Shown: in pieces, positions 17,577 through 27,967 of the stretch
How the letters are laid out: every line of letters begins with the position of its first letter
Numbering within the stretch: the stretch's first letter is position 1
From: Sulfolobales archaeon HS-7
Lineage (GTDB): Archaea; Thermoproteota; Thermoprotei_A; Sulfolobales; Sulfolobaceae
Assembly: GCA_019704295.1 (NCBI GenBank)
Contig: AP024596.1
Location: 320,001 to 384,000 of the forward strand
DNA length: 64,000 nucleotides
Reading direction: 5' to 3'
Position numbers and translations under genes: made by a program
Notes under the pieces: generated by a model
Told to the model about the DNA's origin: nothing
The model's database searches: none
What the model saw: only the letters and a program-made list of their open reading frames with translations

Positions 17577-18658
17577 CTCCACATGGATAAGACCATACCT
17601 GTATACGTTGGCACTCCTCTCCAACTACCAACTACCGCTGAGGAGTACCCCTTCCTAAGGTATTCCCTAGCCTCAAGAGCCAGGGTGAGACCTGCTGCCT
17701 CCAAAGGAACGCCTTCCGATAGAAGACCTCCGAACACGTTAGTAGGAGCCGAACCTCCCTCTCCTAACTGACCCTCCCTTAATAGGGCCAAGGGATCTGC
17801 CTTGAAGACGCCTAAGTGCTCTAGTAGTTTAAATGAATACCTATCGTCCACGAAATAGCCGTCAAATTTCCTCTTAGAAATTTGAGAATATGCTCCTCTC
17901 AAATAGCCAGCTTCGCCCAGCTCAGCGTAACCGGGATAGTTAGTTTCAGTAAACGTAGATGCTTCCACCCAAATGGGATCGTCCGTTAAACTCCTTGCGA
18001 TATCCTCTGAGGCTAAAACGACTACAACTGCACCATCTACGAAGTCCGCAATGTCTGGTCTCCTTAAGGGTTCCGCTACTTTCTCGTGAGATAAAATATC
18101 GCTTACGTTAAGGTTAGCCGCATAAGAAGCCCTGGGATTTCCAAATCCGTTCCTTTTCTCAATGGACACGATTTCGGCCATGTCCTCCTCTGTCATTCCG
18201 GTTCTCCTCTGATAAGCCTTGGCCTCGAGTGCGGCTAAAAAGTGAAAGTTGGGTGGGGCCGCAGGTCTAAGGAAAATCGGATCCATGGCGAATTCAACAA
18301 TATCTCCTATTGTGAGTATGTCGCTAGCCTTTGAGTGAGCCTCAACTGCCGTCACCTTAGAGATTCCGGACTTTATGTGCATTATGCCGTGAAGAATACC
18401 CTGTACTCCGTCTCCCGTCACGGTAAAGGTAGGTCTAAGATATCCTCCAATCTGATCCGGTGCGAACTCATCCGCTATGCTAATACCCTCCCAGAAGTCC
18501 TCTTGGGAAGAAATGAAGGTATCTACATCCTTCCTAGGATCTAGGTTAGCCTCGGCATAAGCGCGCGAAGCCGCCTCGAAGACCATCTCCCTGAACGAGA
18601 CCTCAGGAGTAGAAGGGCGAAATCCATACCATCCCATTCCTACTATTGCTACCTTCAA
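17573..18658 (-). CDS. Thiolase-domain protein (divergent partner subunit)
   Basis: MKVAIVGMG, NPRASY, DGAVVVVLASE, NVFGGLLSEGVPLEAAG. Confidence 0.85.
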   Translation of the reverse strand: MKVAIVGMGWYGFRPSTPEVSFREMVFEAASRAYAEANLDPRKDVDTFISSQEDFWEGISIADEFAPDQIGGYLRPTFTVTGDGVQGILHGIMHIKSGISKVTAVEAHSKASDILTIGDIVEFAMDPIFLRPAAPPNFHFLAALEAKAYQRRTGMTEEDMAEIVSIEKRNGFGNPRASYAANLNVSDILSHEKVAEPLRRPDIADFVDGAVVVVLASEDIARSLTDDPIWVEASTFTETNYPGYAELGEAGYLRGAYSQISKRKFDGYFVDDRYSFKLLEHLGVFKADPLALLREGQLGEGGSAPTNVFGGLLSEGVPLEAAGLTLALEAREYLRKGYSSAVVGSWRGVPTYTGMVLSMWR

Positions 18659-18799
18659 AGAATCACCGGACTTGTGTAAACCTATAGTTAAAAAAAATTA
18701 ACGTTATTTACAGATCGAGATCAATCATCATAAATCTAAAATGGCAGTTTCTATTGAATATCTCACAAGTTTTATATTCTATTAAAACGAGCATGAATA

Positions 18800-19246
18800 A
18801 TGCCACTTCACAAAAGATACATGAGGAAAATCGAGGTTAAAGTTAATGAACTCATGTCTGCACCTCCCGTTACTGTAGCTCTGGATTCATCTTTAGAAGA
18901 CGCAGTAAGGAAAATGATAGAGGGAAACGTAGGAAGCGTAATGGTAACAGACTCGGATAGAAGACTTAGGGGAATTATTACGGAGAAGGATGTGCTTATC
19001 GCCGTATCAAAAGGACTTTTGAAGAAAGAGGAGACTAAGGTAACCGACATAATGTCGCGTAACGTAATAGCAGTAACTCCCGATGACGTGATATCGGAAG
19101 TAATCGAGAAGATGAGAGCACATAACATACGACACATACCGGTTACCGATTACGAAGGAAGACCAGTCGGGATGATATCGATAAGGGACATTTTAGATTT
19201 TACCACTTCATACCTTAAAGTCCTTTTGTTACCCGAGGAAATTTGA
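18800..19246 (+). CDS. CBS-domain pair protein
   Basis: LMSAPPVTV...GIITEKD...IMSRNVIAV...IRHIPV...GMISIRD. Confidence 0.9.
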   Translation: MPLHKRYMRKIEVKVNELMSAPPVTVALDSSLEDAVRKMIEGNVGSVMVTDSDRRLRGIITEKDVLIAVSKGLLKKEETKVTDIMSRNVIAVTPDDVISEVIEKMRAHNIRHIPVTDYEGRPVGMISIRDILDFTTSYLKVLLLPEEI

Positions 19247-19705
19247 ACTTACACGTCATTACTGTATTTTTCGTAACGTAAACGGTATTAAAGAAATCGT
19301 CATTAGGATAAGTTGTTAGTGAGGTGTACCAAACATGTCCTCCCTGTCAAGCTCTGAGTAACCCCACAAAGTCGGTTGGATGTTTTACTCCTGATACTGC
19401 TTCCCTAAGTTTCAGGAGGTTTTCACGACATTAAATGAGAAGGAATTGAAGGCCTCCAAATCCCGTCGTTCTAACAATCGGTAGCGATAGTTAACGTAAA
19501 GTCTAAGAACTTCTAAACCTTGAAATCTCGCATTTTTATAAAAAGGAACTATACGTCCCGCCAGATGAGTTCGCCATACCTTGAACTTCAATCTCATAAT
19601 CAGAGCCGAGTTTCTCCTCAGTTGTAAATCGAGGAAATAGCATAGCGCGTCTAGTTAACGTAGTGCCGGAAATTCTGTCTAATTATCCATAACTTAAAGT
19701 TACCG

Positions 19706-21520
19706 TTAAGATAAACCTAATTCCTTTAATTTATCTTCTGAAGGTATTCCGTTCTTCCATCCCCTATACGCGTAATATACTGGAAGCATATCATCCAGTT
19801 TACACGTCCCACCTTTGTGCTTTCCTTCTGGAACTGGAACTTCCGTAAATTTCCTTGGAAGATAATCCCTTTTCGATCCGAATTTAATGTTATATATTCT
19901 CTCAGCATTGAAGATCCTCTCGCCGATCTTAAGTAGCTCGTCCTCTGTAACTTCCCATCCAACAACTGCGTTAAGGGCGTCCACGTAATCTTTCATTTCA
20001 AATGCCATATAAGAGAAGGCGCAAACTTGCAACGAGTCTAAAACTGCAACAAGGTCTTGCTTGAATTTTACTGCCTTAGAAATTGTCCGAACATCGTAGT
20101 CGTCTGGTAAAAGTGATCTAATTCCATTGAGTCCCTTGAATGAGTAAATCAGATCGGGATAAACCCATATATGACACGACGAACCGGTGTTTTCCGTAGC
20201 GTTAAGTAAACCCCACGCCGGTTCTACTCGGGGATCGGTATTTTGCATTGTTATTCCCATTACAGATGTGTCCAGTTCCGGTACGTTTATTTCCGTGAGG
20301 AAAGCGGATATTCCCTCCCCTAATATCCAATATTTTCCCTCCCTATTCGCAACCTTTTGAATTATCTCTATCATTCTATCACTATCCCCCCAACGGAGTC
20401 CGTAGGATTCCTCTACGTAACCTTTCTCTGTTGCGTCTGCCAAAGCTGCTAGGATATTCCCTACTTCAATGGGATCCATACCCCATTCGTAGGATAGGTA
20501 GTTCATATAAGCCACTGCCTCCACGTCGTCTACGTAACAGTTAGAACCCAAAGAGCTTATTTGGGCGTAGTCCGGCCCTTCCACCCTAAACTTGTACTTT
20601 TTATAAGTTGCGGTATCCCTTCTACACTGGACAGAACACGCAGTACAAGTTAGCCTTCCAACTAGAATAGTTTGAGACATTGTCTTTCCGCTTAAGTTTA
20701 ACGCATTTTCCATTGAAGTATAGGTGTAGTTCTTTACTGGTAGTGCTTCGTTTAAGAAGAGAGGCTCTACGGCCAAAGGAGTTCCGTAGATTGAGAAACT
20801 CCCTGTCTCGCGGTTAAGAAGAGGGGAATTTCTAATTTTAGTGGTTAATCTTGTGAGAACGTCCTTGAATTTCCCCTTATCTGCCACTTCGACAGGAACG
20901 CTATAGTCCCCTAAAATAGCTACCGCCTTAACTTTCATCTTACCTAGGACGTAACCTGCACCATGTCTCACCCCACTAGACCTCCCTGCGTCATTAACAA
21001 CATTTGCAAATCTAACTAACCTCTCTCCAGCGGGGCCTATTGATATAACCCTGACGTCACCGTGCCTTTGCCTCAAATATGCTAAAGTCTCAGACGCGCA
21101 TTTCCCCCATATCGGCGATGCGTCCTCTACACTTATTTTGCCTTTTTTAATAAAGAGATATATTGGCTTAGGTGAAATTCCCTTTAGGATTATTCCATCA
21201 ACGCCAGTCTTCTTAAGTGAAGTTCCAGCATATCCACCTGTATTCGCGTAGGCTATAGTGTTAGTAAGAGGTGAATGAAATACGAAAGTCAGTCGATTGG
21301 CCAAGGGAATACCAGTTCCCGTAAGAGGTCCTACGAGCATACCGAAAAAAGGTTCATTACTCCTGTTTCGATAATCTGAGAGTAATTTGGTGCCAAGTCC
21401 CCTACCGCCAAGGAAATTGTAAACGTCATCTAAATTAAGGTCAACGAGATCAACCTCACCTGAATTCAAGTTAACTTCTGCTATCTTACCAGTAAATCCC
21501 CCTTTGAAGGCATTATTCAT
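19706..21520 (-). CDS. aor: Aldehyde:ferredoxin oxidoreductase family (W/Mo-bis-pterin, 4Fe-4S)
   Basis: LGGRGLG, GPLTGT, IGPAGERLV, CTACSVQC, EGPDY, DSLQVC, ERIFNAER. Confidence 0.9.
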   Translation of the reverse strand: MNNAFKGGFTGKIAEVNLNSGEVDLVDLNLDDVYNFLGGRGLGTKLLSDYRNRSNEPFFGMLVGPLTGTGIPLANRLTFVFHSPLTNTIAYANTGGYAGTSLKKTGVDGIILKGISPKPIYLFIKKGKISVEDASPIWGKCASETLAYLRQRHGDVRVISIGPAGERLVRFANVVNDAGRSSGVRHGAGYVLGKMKVKAVAILGDYSVPVEVADKGKFKDVLTRLTTKIRNSPLLNRETGSFSIYGTPLAVEPLFLNEALPVKNYTYTSMENALNLSGKTMSQTILVGRLTCTACSVQCRRDTATYKKYKFRVEGPDYAQISSLGSNCYVDDVEAVAYMNYLSYEWGMDPIEVGNILAALADATEKGYVEESYGLRWGDSDRMIEIIQKVANREGKYWILGEGISAFLTEINVPELDTSVMGITMQNTDPRVEPAWGLLNATENTGSSCHIWVYPDLIYSFKGLNGIRSLLPDDYDVRTISKAVKFKQDLVAVLDSLQVCAFSYMAFEMKDYVDALNAVVGWEVTEDELLKIGERIFNAERIYNIKFGSKRDYLPRKFTEVPVPEGKHKGGTCKLDDMLPVYYAYRGWKNGIPSEDKLKELGLS

Positions 21521-21740
21521 AAGTATTGAAATATAGTAAACTACATAATAAACGCAATAGTTGTTAGTTTGTCGCAGTTTCTTATAATTACAAAATGAGG
21601 CAGGGAAACCCTTTATTTGCCACAGACTTTATACTGTACCGCAATTTCACTGACAACAATGATACTCTAAATCACTGTAATTGCGTATCTTCAATTACCG
21701 AAAACGTCTGGACGTTACTAAAATTTTGGAAGTACCAAAA

Positions 21741-22184
21741 TTATAACAATGCTCCAAGATCCCTTAGAACGGCTATTTCAAAGGAACCTCTTAAATTCAG
21801 GTAAACTTTCTCCTCGGGAGTTAAACTTCTCCTAATTTGCTTTTCAGCGAACTCGTTTAGAGCTTCGAGTAAGTTTGATGCCCTTAGCTCAGGGTTTTTA
21901 CTTACGACAAACATCTGATAAGCGGAGTTTACTAAATAAAACATTTCCTCATCCAAGTCCAACACTACATCGTTGAGAACGGTAAGGAACTCATCACCTA
22001 CTTTTACCATTTTAACCCTAACGAACGGTCTCCACGTCAGAATGTTCTCCTTAACGAAGTTCCAGGAGGGAGGTTCTTCTTTTAACTCCCCGTATGAGGG
22101 GACCCTGGCCACTTTGTACTTCTTCCCTTCTAATTCAATTTCCCCCAATATCCCCAATTCAAGTTTGCCAACCTTCATTGTCAT
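21741..22184 (-). CDS. Hypothetical protein, last gene of the Lut-like operon
   Basis: 147 aa; 4-nt overlap with the upstream LUD gene. Confidence 0.65.
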   Translation of the reverse strand: MTMKVGKLELGILGEIELEGKKYKVARVPSYGELKEEPPSWNFVKENILTWRPFVRVKMVKVGDEFLTVLNDVVLDLDEEMFYLVNSAYQMFVVSKNPELRASNLLEALNEFAEKQIRRSLTPEEKVYLNLRGSFEIAVLRDLGALL

Positions 22185-23311
22185 CCCTTGAAGTAAAGTG
22201 ATTTTATGTATTCAATGACTTTAGGTATGTTGATCTTCATAGGACAGACGTTAGCACATGCTCCAGAGTGACAACACAGCAACGCCTGCTCCTTATTACC
22301 ATAAACTACATAGGACCACATGGCGCCCATAGGACCTGAGTAGGGTGGAACACCCCATCCCGATCCCATCGCCTTATACGTTGGGCAGTGGTAATGACAT
22401 CTCCCGCATCGTATGCAGAGTAGAGCTTCTTGGAGAATAGGGTCATGGGACGCCTTGACCCTTCCGTTGTCCAATAGTATGAGGTGAAACTCCTTTGGAC
22501 CGTGAGCTGGACTAACCCTTTTTAGCTCTATATCGGCAGTTGAACTAGGACCAGACGTTACATTAACATAAGTTGGAGGATACAGCCCAGCATATGCTGA
22601 CTGGACAAGTGACTCTAACATAGCGTATTCAAGGTTGGGCAATATCTTTTCAACTCCAGTAATCGATATGTGTATTGGAGGAACTACGCTACTCATCCTT
22701 ATATTTCCCTCATTCTCCACTAAAACTATTGTACCTGTATCCGCAGCTACCGCGTTAGCCCCCGTTATACCTACCTCAGCACTAAGGAACTTCTCCCTTA
22801 AGAAATTCCTTACGAACTTAACTATTTCCTCGTGAGACTCCCCTGGGTCCTCACCTAATCTCTCCTTGATAAGCTCCCTGACCTTTTCCTTAGTCATGTG
22901 AATTGCAGGTCCTATTATATGAGAGGGGGGTTCCTCTGCAAGTTGAATCAGGAATTCGCCCAGATCCGTTTCCCATACTTCCTTTCCCTTTTCCAGAAGG
23001 AATTCCCTTAATCCTGCTTCATATGCTACCATGGATTTGCCCAAGATAATTCTTTTTCTATCACCAATGATCTTTAGAACTATCTCCCTAGCCTCCTCAG
23101 GGGTTGCAACGTAGTATCCGTATCCTCCCGTCCTCTTTACGGATTTTAACGTTTCCTCGACATAGGCCTCTATATTTCCCAGAACCTTTAGTTTACCTTC
23201 CCTCACTTTCCTGGCCATGTCCTCTATGTATTTGTGGGCTTCAAGTACGGAGTAAACCCTCGGAACGTTGTTCTGAATAGCTCTGTTTACTGCAATTTCC
23301 CAGTTACTCAA
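22181..23311 (-). CDS. lutB: Lactate utilisation LutB-like protein (LUD domain + Fe-S)
   Basis: [50 protein letters not shown]. Confidence 0.88.
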   Translation of the reverse strand: MSNWEIAVNRAIQNNVPRVYSVLEAHKYIEDMARKVREGKLKVLGNIEAYVEETLKSVKRTGGYGYYVATPEEAREIVLKIIGDRKRIILGKSMVAYEAGLREFLLEKGKEVWETDLGEFLIQLAEEPPSHIIGPAIHMTKEKVRELIKERLGEDPGESHEEIVKFVRNFLREKFLSAEVGITGANAVAADTGTIVLVENEGNIRMSSVVPPIHISITGVEKILPNLEYAMLESLVQSAYAGLYPPTYVNVTSGPSSTADIELKRVSPAHGPKEFHLILLDNGRVKASHDPILQEALLCIRCGRCHYHCPTYKAMGSGWGVPPYSGPMGAMWSYVVYGNKEQALLCCHSGACANVCPMKINIPKVIEYIKSLYFKG

Positions 23312-24188
23312 CGTTGACCACCTCCATGAAGTCCTTAACTTGAACGTGTGCCTTTAGATTTTCATAACAAAACGGACAGAAGACGAGCACATTAGGAGAC
23401 AGCTTCTTAAGACTTTCTGCTCGCATTTTGGCTATCGAATCGCTCACTTTATAGTTAACGGGGGCTATAGGCGAGCCGCAACACATTGAAGTATCCCTCC
23501 CCGTAATCATGGGATCCTCGATCAGATTGATTCCAGAAGATCTCACGATATTCCTTATCGCGTCTCTTAATCCCAAAAACCTAGAGTATAAACAAGAATC
23601 GTGTATGGTAAAAACCCCCGAAGCCTTAAATCCTCCTACCATTTCATAAAAACTCCTTATCTCAATGGCCGTATTATTCATCTCCTTCCCTCTTAAAAGT
23701 GCGTATTGTGTATGGGGATCCACTGTAATAACCCTTTTTACGTTGTACTTCTCAAAAATTGAAAACACTTTCTTAGATACCTCTTTGAACTCATCAATTA
23801 GCCCCATTTCAAGGAGTATGGCTCCGCTATACGGTTCGTCCTCATAAAGATATCCGAATTCTACTCCCGTCTTTCTTAGGATCGTTGCCATTTTCCTTAA
23901 TATTTGCCACGAACGTTCAACTTGGTCTTTTGAGGGAGTAATCACTTTAGATGCGAGACCCTTGAGTTTTTCTATCCCCTTTATCTTCGTTATAAGGGGT
24001 ATCAGCCTATCGTAACTGTGTCCTAGGAGAGCTAATTGATAAGCACAGCCAGTATATAGGATAGTTTCCCCTCCTCTCGGTATATCCTGAGCCCATCCAT
24101 AACATAGTTTTTTATCAACTGGAAATGGCATCAGGGATGTTGACATCTCATCGCTAACCAGTTTCATTGTATGTTTAACGGTATTCAT
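23304..24188 (-). CDS. Cysteine-rich (CCG) Fe-S binding protein, LutA-like
   Basis: YTGC, HDSC, CCGS, CPFC motifs; operon with lutB. Confidence 0.8.
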   Translation of the reverse strand: MNTVKHTMKLVSDEMSTSLMPFPVDKKLCYGWAQDIPRGGETILYTGCAYQLALLGHSYDRLIPLITKIKGIEKLKGLASKVITPSKDQVERSWQILRKMATILRKTGVEFGYLYEDEPYSGAILLEMGLIDEFKEVSKKVFSIFEKYNVKRVITVDPHTQYALLRGKEMNNTAIEIRSFYEMVGGFKASGVFTIHDSCLYSRFLGLRDAIRNIVRSSGINLIEDPMITGRDTSMCCGSPIAPVNYKVSDSIAKMRAESLKKLSPNVLVFCPFCYENLKAHVQVKDFMEVVNVE

Positions 24189-24314
24189 ATATTCTATTTG
24201 ACGCTTACATTTTAAAAGGGTAAATTAATAGGATTGAATCCTATCCGAAGAAGTTTATGAGGGATTTCCTTCATCCTCCAGGGGTTCTTTAATCCGCTAA
24301 AACGTCGGTCAAGT

Positions 24315-24820
24315 AAACTTACCCTCCCCTAACTGGGCTTATTACCTTCGACGGGGAAAACACTTAAGACTAGAGATCAGGATAGCGAGTCCATAGGGGT
24401 TTGCTCTAAAGAGGTCCAAATTGCCTAATATTAGGGACTTCAAGGGGGAGATTCTCATGTAGTGATCTATTCGATAAGTTGTAGTGAAATTCCTAACGTT
24501 TCTTTGAAGTCTACTTTTTCCCCCACGGAAGAATTCTTGCCTCTTGTAATTCAGCTCGTTGAATAACTTATCAGAAACGTGTGCTAGTCTCAGCAATTTC
24601 CTCTGTTATCAACCGTTTGGTAGAAGACGGACTACATTAGTACTCCTACTCTCGAACTCAACTCTGTATACACCCTTTGGTATTGTGGGTGTAGGAGTCA
24701 GCTCACGCTCCTCAATAAGTTGCCCAGGACGACGTGCCATGGGAAGTCGAGTTAAGTTAGTTAAAAGACTTTACCCTGCCTTAAAAAGGCGAGGCTTGTC
24801 GTTCGTGTATGACCCCCAAT
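24315..24820 (-). mobile_element. tnpB: Internally deleted IS200/IS605-family tnpB element (pseudogene)
   Basis: From ATG 24740: MARRPGQLIEERELTPTPTIPKGVYRVEFESRSTNVVRLLPNG**QRKLLRLAHVSDKLFNELNYKRQEFFRGGK, the Sulfolobales TnpB N-terminus with two in-frame stops; subterminal hairpin GCCTT-AAA-AAGGC at 24778-24790; degenerate right-end-like GCCCAGTTAGGGGAGGG near 24322-24340; boundaries approximate. Confidence 0.8.
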
Positions 24821-24944
24821 GATACTTATTTAAGTATAAAGCCGTTGTCAACAGTTTTAGATAAACCGTGAAGTTTATATAGTTTATATATAAAATATAT
24901 TTTATAAATATTGTTATTAGATGTCGATGACCTTTACCGAAAGG

Positions 24945-25115
24945 TGACAGGACACAAAATGTGCGGGTTTCCCCACATCCATGAGCAGGTGGGGGTTGGG
25001 ATTATCCTGCTAATGGGACGGAGAAGGATGAACCGGGCAACGCCCCGTGACCTCGGTGAAGTTCAAGGGCTGAGGATTGAGATGAAATACTATGAAATCC
25101 TGAAGTCCAAATCGC
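24945..25115 (+). mobile_element. 3'-terminal remnant of a second tnpB (IS605/IS607 family), covering the region that normally encodes the guide (omega/re) RNA
   Basis: KMCGFPHIH...VGIILLMGRRRMN...RDLGEVQGLRIEMKYYEIL resembles the C-terminal tail of Sulfolobales TnpB. Confidence 0.65.
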
Positions 25116-25159
25116 GCTCCGCGTCAGTTGATCCTGCGAGAAATACGACTTGGGTATCC

Positions 25160-26173
25160 TTAATCTTGACTCTTTTCGGGTCTTCTCCTTTTTTCTATAA
25201 CGTAACCTGCGAGCATTCTTATTCCATATTCTTTTGCCCTCTCTACTGCCTCATCTACTGCTGACACCGCTAAAAATAGCCTAATGGGGTTCTCGAATCC
25301 ATACACCTTAGATACTACGTTTGTCTTGATGTTAAACCAGTCCACGTCGTCACCCTCTGCAAACGATTTAACCTCTATAAGATATACTTTGCCGTTCTTC
25401 GCTAGTATGTCTATCTCGTATATCGTTCCCTTAGCTCCAAACTGTCCAGTAGCGTCCTTATACGTAAGTCTGTTAACGTAAGTGAGATCTATTCCCTCTT
25501 CCTCAACTAATTCCTTAAAGAAAAGTCGCATTACTTCCTCGTAGTCTTCTCCCCATCTCTCACCCATCGAATCCATTCTCTTTTTGATTCCATTAACGTC
25601 CTTCTGCACACCGTATATCGCCTCAGCCAACTTAGCTATCTGCTGTTCGGCCTTATTTTGAGCCTCGGCAAGTCCGGCAACTGTATCCTCTAACCTAGTT
25701 AACCTCTCCTCTGTTTTCTTTTGAGCCTCGGCCAACTCGTTGAGTTTCTCCTCTGTTTTCTTTTGAGCCTCGGCAAGTCCGGCAACTGTATCCTCTAACC
25801 TAGTTAACCTCTCCTCTGTTTTCTTTTGAGCCTCGGCAAGTCCGGCAACTGTATCCTCTAACCTAGTTAACCTCTCCTCTGTTTTCTTTTGAGCCTCGGC
25901 AAGTCCGGCAACTGTATCCTCTAACCTAGTTAACCTCTCCTCTGTTTTCTTTTGAGCCTCGGCCAACTGTCCTACTGTCCTTACCACTCCCTCTAGCAGT
26001 AACTTGGTTTCAGTATTTACCCTGATCTGTTCATCTAAGCTTCTCCTTATGTTACTAAGCTCTACCCCCCACTCTATCTCCTTTATCCCTATCGCGTCCC
26101 TAAACTCCTTTCTGAATTCAGGGTCCTCCTTTAGGAGTTTTATTAGGATGTTTTTAATTTCATTAGACGTCAA
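25160..26173 (-). CDS. Coiled-coil protein with C-terminal PD-(D/E)XK nuclease domain (DUF3782-like)
   Basis: LLKEDPEFRKE N-terminus, LAEAQKKTEERL heptad repeats, RWG..E...YEIDILAKNGKVYLIEVKS. Confidence 0.85.
   Translation of the reverse strand: MTSNEIKNILIKLLKEDPEFRKEFRDAIGIKEIEWGVELSNIRRSLDEQIRVNTETKLLLEGVVRTVGQLAEAQKKTEERLTRLEDTVAGLAEAQKKTEERLTRLEDTVAGLAEAQKKTEERLTRLEDTVAGLAEAQKKTEEKLNELAEAQKKTEERLTRLEDTVAGLAEAQNKAEQQIAKLAEAIYGVQKDVNGIKKRMDSMGERWGEDYEEVMRLFFKELVEEEGIDLTYVNRLTYKDATGQFGAKGTIYEIDILAKNGKVYLIEVKSFAEGDDVDWFNIKTNVVSKVYGFENPIRLFLAVSAVDEAVERAKEYGIRMLAGYVIEKRRRPEKSQD
25656..25963. repeat. Intragenic tandem repeat: four 63-bp units plus one 42-bp variant
   Basis: TTTTGAGCCTCGG recurs at ~25656, 25719, 25761, 25824, 25887, 25950; unit encodes LAEAQKKTEERLTRLEDTVAG. 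Confidence 0.95.
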
Positions 26174-26456
26174 TTATCTTCTGATATAACTCTTTCGTGA
26201 ACCAGCATATAAGAATTGCCAAAAATAAATTTAGAAACCTTTTGGGAATTTTCCAAACTTGCATGGTTAAATTTAACACTGGTCGTTCTTAACGGTCTAT
26301 CAAAAATTTAGTAATAAATTGGCTTGATAACATATCAAAACATTATGAATTCTGATCCCAATGTGAAACCGGAAAAAATCGTGTTAAGCGTACGTTTCGT
26401 GTTCTTACAAAAGATATATCGAAAACCTTTTATTCTATCTTAGTGTGCGTGACTAT

Positions 26457-27893
26457 ATGAGTTCTAATAACACAGCAATGAAGACATTATTGATCCTTTC
26501 GCTGATGCTAATCCTGATCAATTACGTGGAAACGATGGTTGTTCCAGCATTGCCGAAAATACAGCAGGATTTCGCTACCACAGCCACTACAGTGGGTTGG
26601 GTCACCTCAGCGTATTTAATAGTGGGAGCTATCGCGTCACCAATTTTCGGAAAATTAGCTGACAGGTATGGCAAAAAGAAAATGTATGTGACCGCGGTTA
26701 TGTTTTACATAATAGCAGTGGGATTGGCCGGTATTTCCCCATCGATAGGCTTCCTCATCGGAGCGAGAGCAATTCAGGGTCTTGGGTACGCTGTTTTCCC
26801 CATAGCTATAGCAATTATTACCGACGTTTTTCCGAAGGAGAGAGTAGCCTTCGCGCAGGGTATACTTAGCGGAACGTTAGCAATAGGACCTGCCTTAGGG
26901 TTACTGATAGGTTCCTATGTCGTCCAGGATCTGGGATGGCCTTATGCCTTTCACACAGCCTTCATACTCTCTTTAATAATATTTGTAATTTCCCTAAAGT
27001 ATTTAGAGGAAACTAACGTAAGGACGATGGAGAGAGTAGATTATCAGGGAGCTTTATTAATAGGTATAAGCATGGCATCTGTTCTCATTTACCTAACTGA
27101 TGGTCCTAGCTATGGCTGGGTTACTCTTCAGCAGTTAAGCTTGCTTGTAATATTTGCTATAACGCTTGCTATATTCATAAGGCTAGAACAGAGGAAAGTA
27201 GAGCCTCTCATGAAATTAAGTCTATTCAAAATAAGGAATGTAATGGTTGCTAACGTAGCTGGGATAATCTCAGGAATATCGATGTTCCTTATGTTCATAG
27301 CCATAACATATTACTCCCAGCTACCCAGACCCTTTGGACTAGGACTTTCAATAATTCAAGCGGGTTTACTTATGAGCCCAGTTGCAATAGTTATGGCAGT
27401 CATAGGACCTTTTGTTGGAAGAATGGTCAGTAAAATTGGACCTAAGTTGCCTCTGATCGTGGGTTCTGGTATAGGAATGATAGGGTTTTCGACCTTCATA
27501 TTTAACAGATCCACGCCAACTGCAATAGTGGAGGATACAATACTTTCTGCGGCTGGACTTATCTTCATTATAGTTCCTTTGGTTAACATGATCGCCGTTT
27601 CACTTCCTCCTGAGTCGAGGGGTGTAGGTATAGGAATGAACACGTTAATAAGGACATTGGGAAGTTCGATAGGACCCGTCATAAGTACGACGCTTATGGA
27701 TACGTTTCAAACGAGTTATGTAATGCTTTTTAATAACCAGATAATTCCGGTGGGCGACTTTCCATCTTCAACAGCGTTTGACATAATATTCGCGATCGGA
27801 ACTTTTTCTATGCTATTAACGCTCATTATTTCTCTTTGGACCAAGAACTATAGAGCTGAGGTGAAAGGGGAAACGGTTGCGATAGGCGGATAA
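26457..27893 (+). CDS. MFS transporter (DHA2/EmrB-like, 14 TMS)
   Basis: GKLADRYGKK motif A, RAIQGLG, GPALGLLIG; start placed at ATG 26457. Confidence 0.92.
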   Translation: MSSNNTAMKTLLILSLMLILINYVETMVVPALPKIQQDFATTATTVGWVTSAYLIVGAIASPIFGKLADRYGKKKMYVTAVMFYIIAVGLAGISPSIGFLIGARAIQGLGYAVFPIAIAIITDVFPKERVAFAQGILSGTLAIGPALGLLIGSYVVQDLGWPYAFHTAFILSLIIFVISLKYLEETNVRTMERVDYQGALLIGISMASVLIYLTDGPSYGWVTLQQLSLLVIFAITLAIFIRLEQRKVEPLMKLSLFKIRNVMVANVAGIISGISMFLMFIAITYYSQLPRPFGLGLSIIQAGLLMSPVAIVMAVIGPFVGRMVSKIGPKLPLIVGSGIGMIGFSTFIFNRSTPTAIVEDTILSAAGLIFIIVPLVNMIAVSLPPESRGVGIGMNTLIRTLGSSIGPVISTTLMDTFQTSYVMLFNNQIIPVGDFPSSTAFDIIFAIGTFSMLLTLIISLWTKNYRAEVKGETVAIGG

Positions 27894-27967
27894 TTCCATT
27901 TTCAAGACAATACTTCCCTGAGGTGTAGCAAAAGGGTCTAACTGAGCGGATTATTGAACTTAGATGG

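Noticed and set aside
19250-19700. Long intergenic regions (also 33810-34120, 38300-38840, 49560-50150, 57260-57540) as RNA genes
   Set aside because: No tRNA/rRNA pattern or repeat array seen; only short hairpins (e.g. GCCATTA..TAATGGC near 57363-57383) compatible with chance
24559-25264. ORFs 24559-24822 (+) and 24911-25264 (+) as genuine genes
   Set aside because: The first is antisense to the tnpB remnant; the second is a tnpB tail running into the antisense of the next gene
25656-25963. Regular repeats as a CRISPR array (also 48821-49087)
   Set aside because: No unique spacers; units are contiguous, in frame and encode coiled-coil heptads; no cas genes in the window
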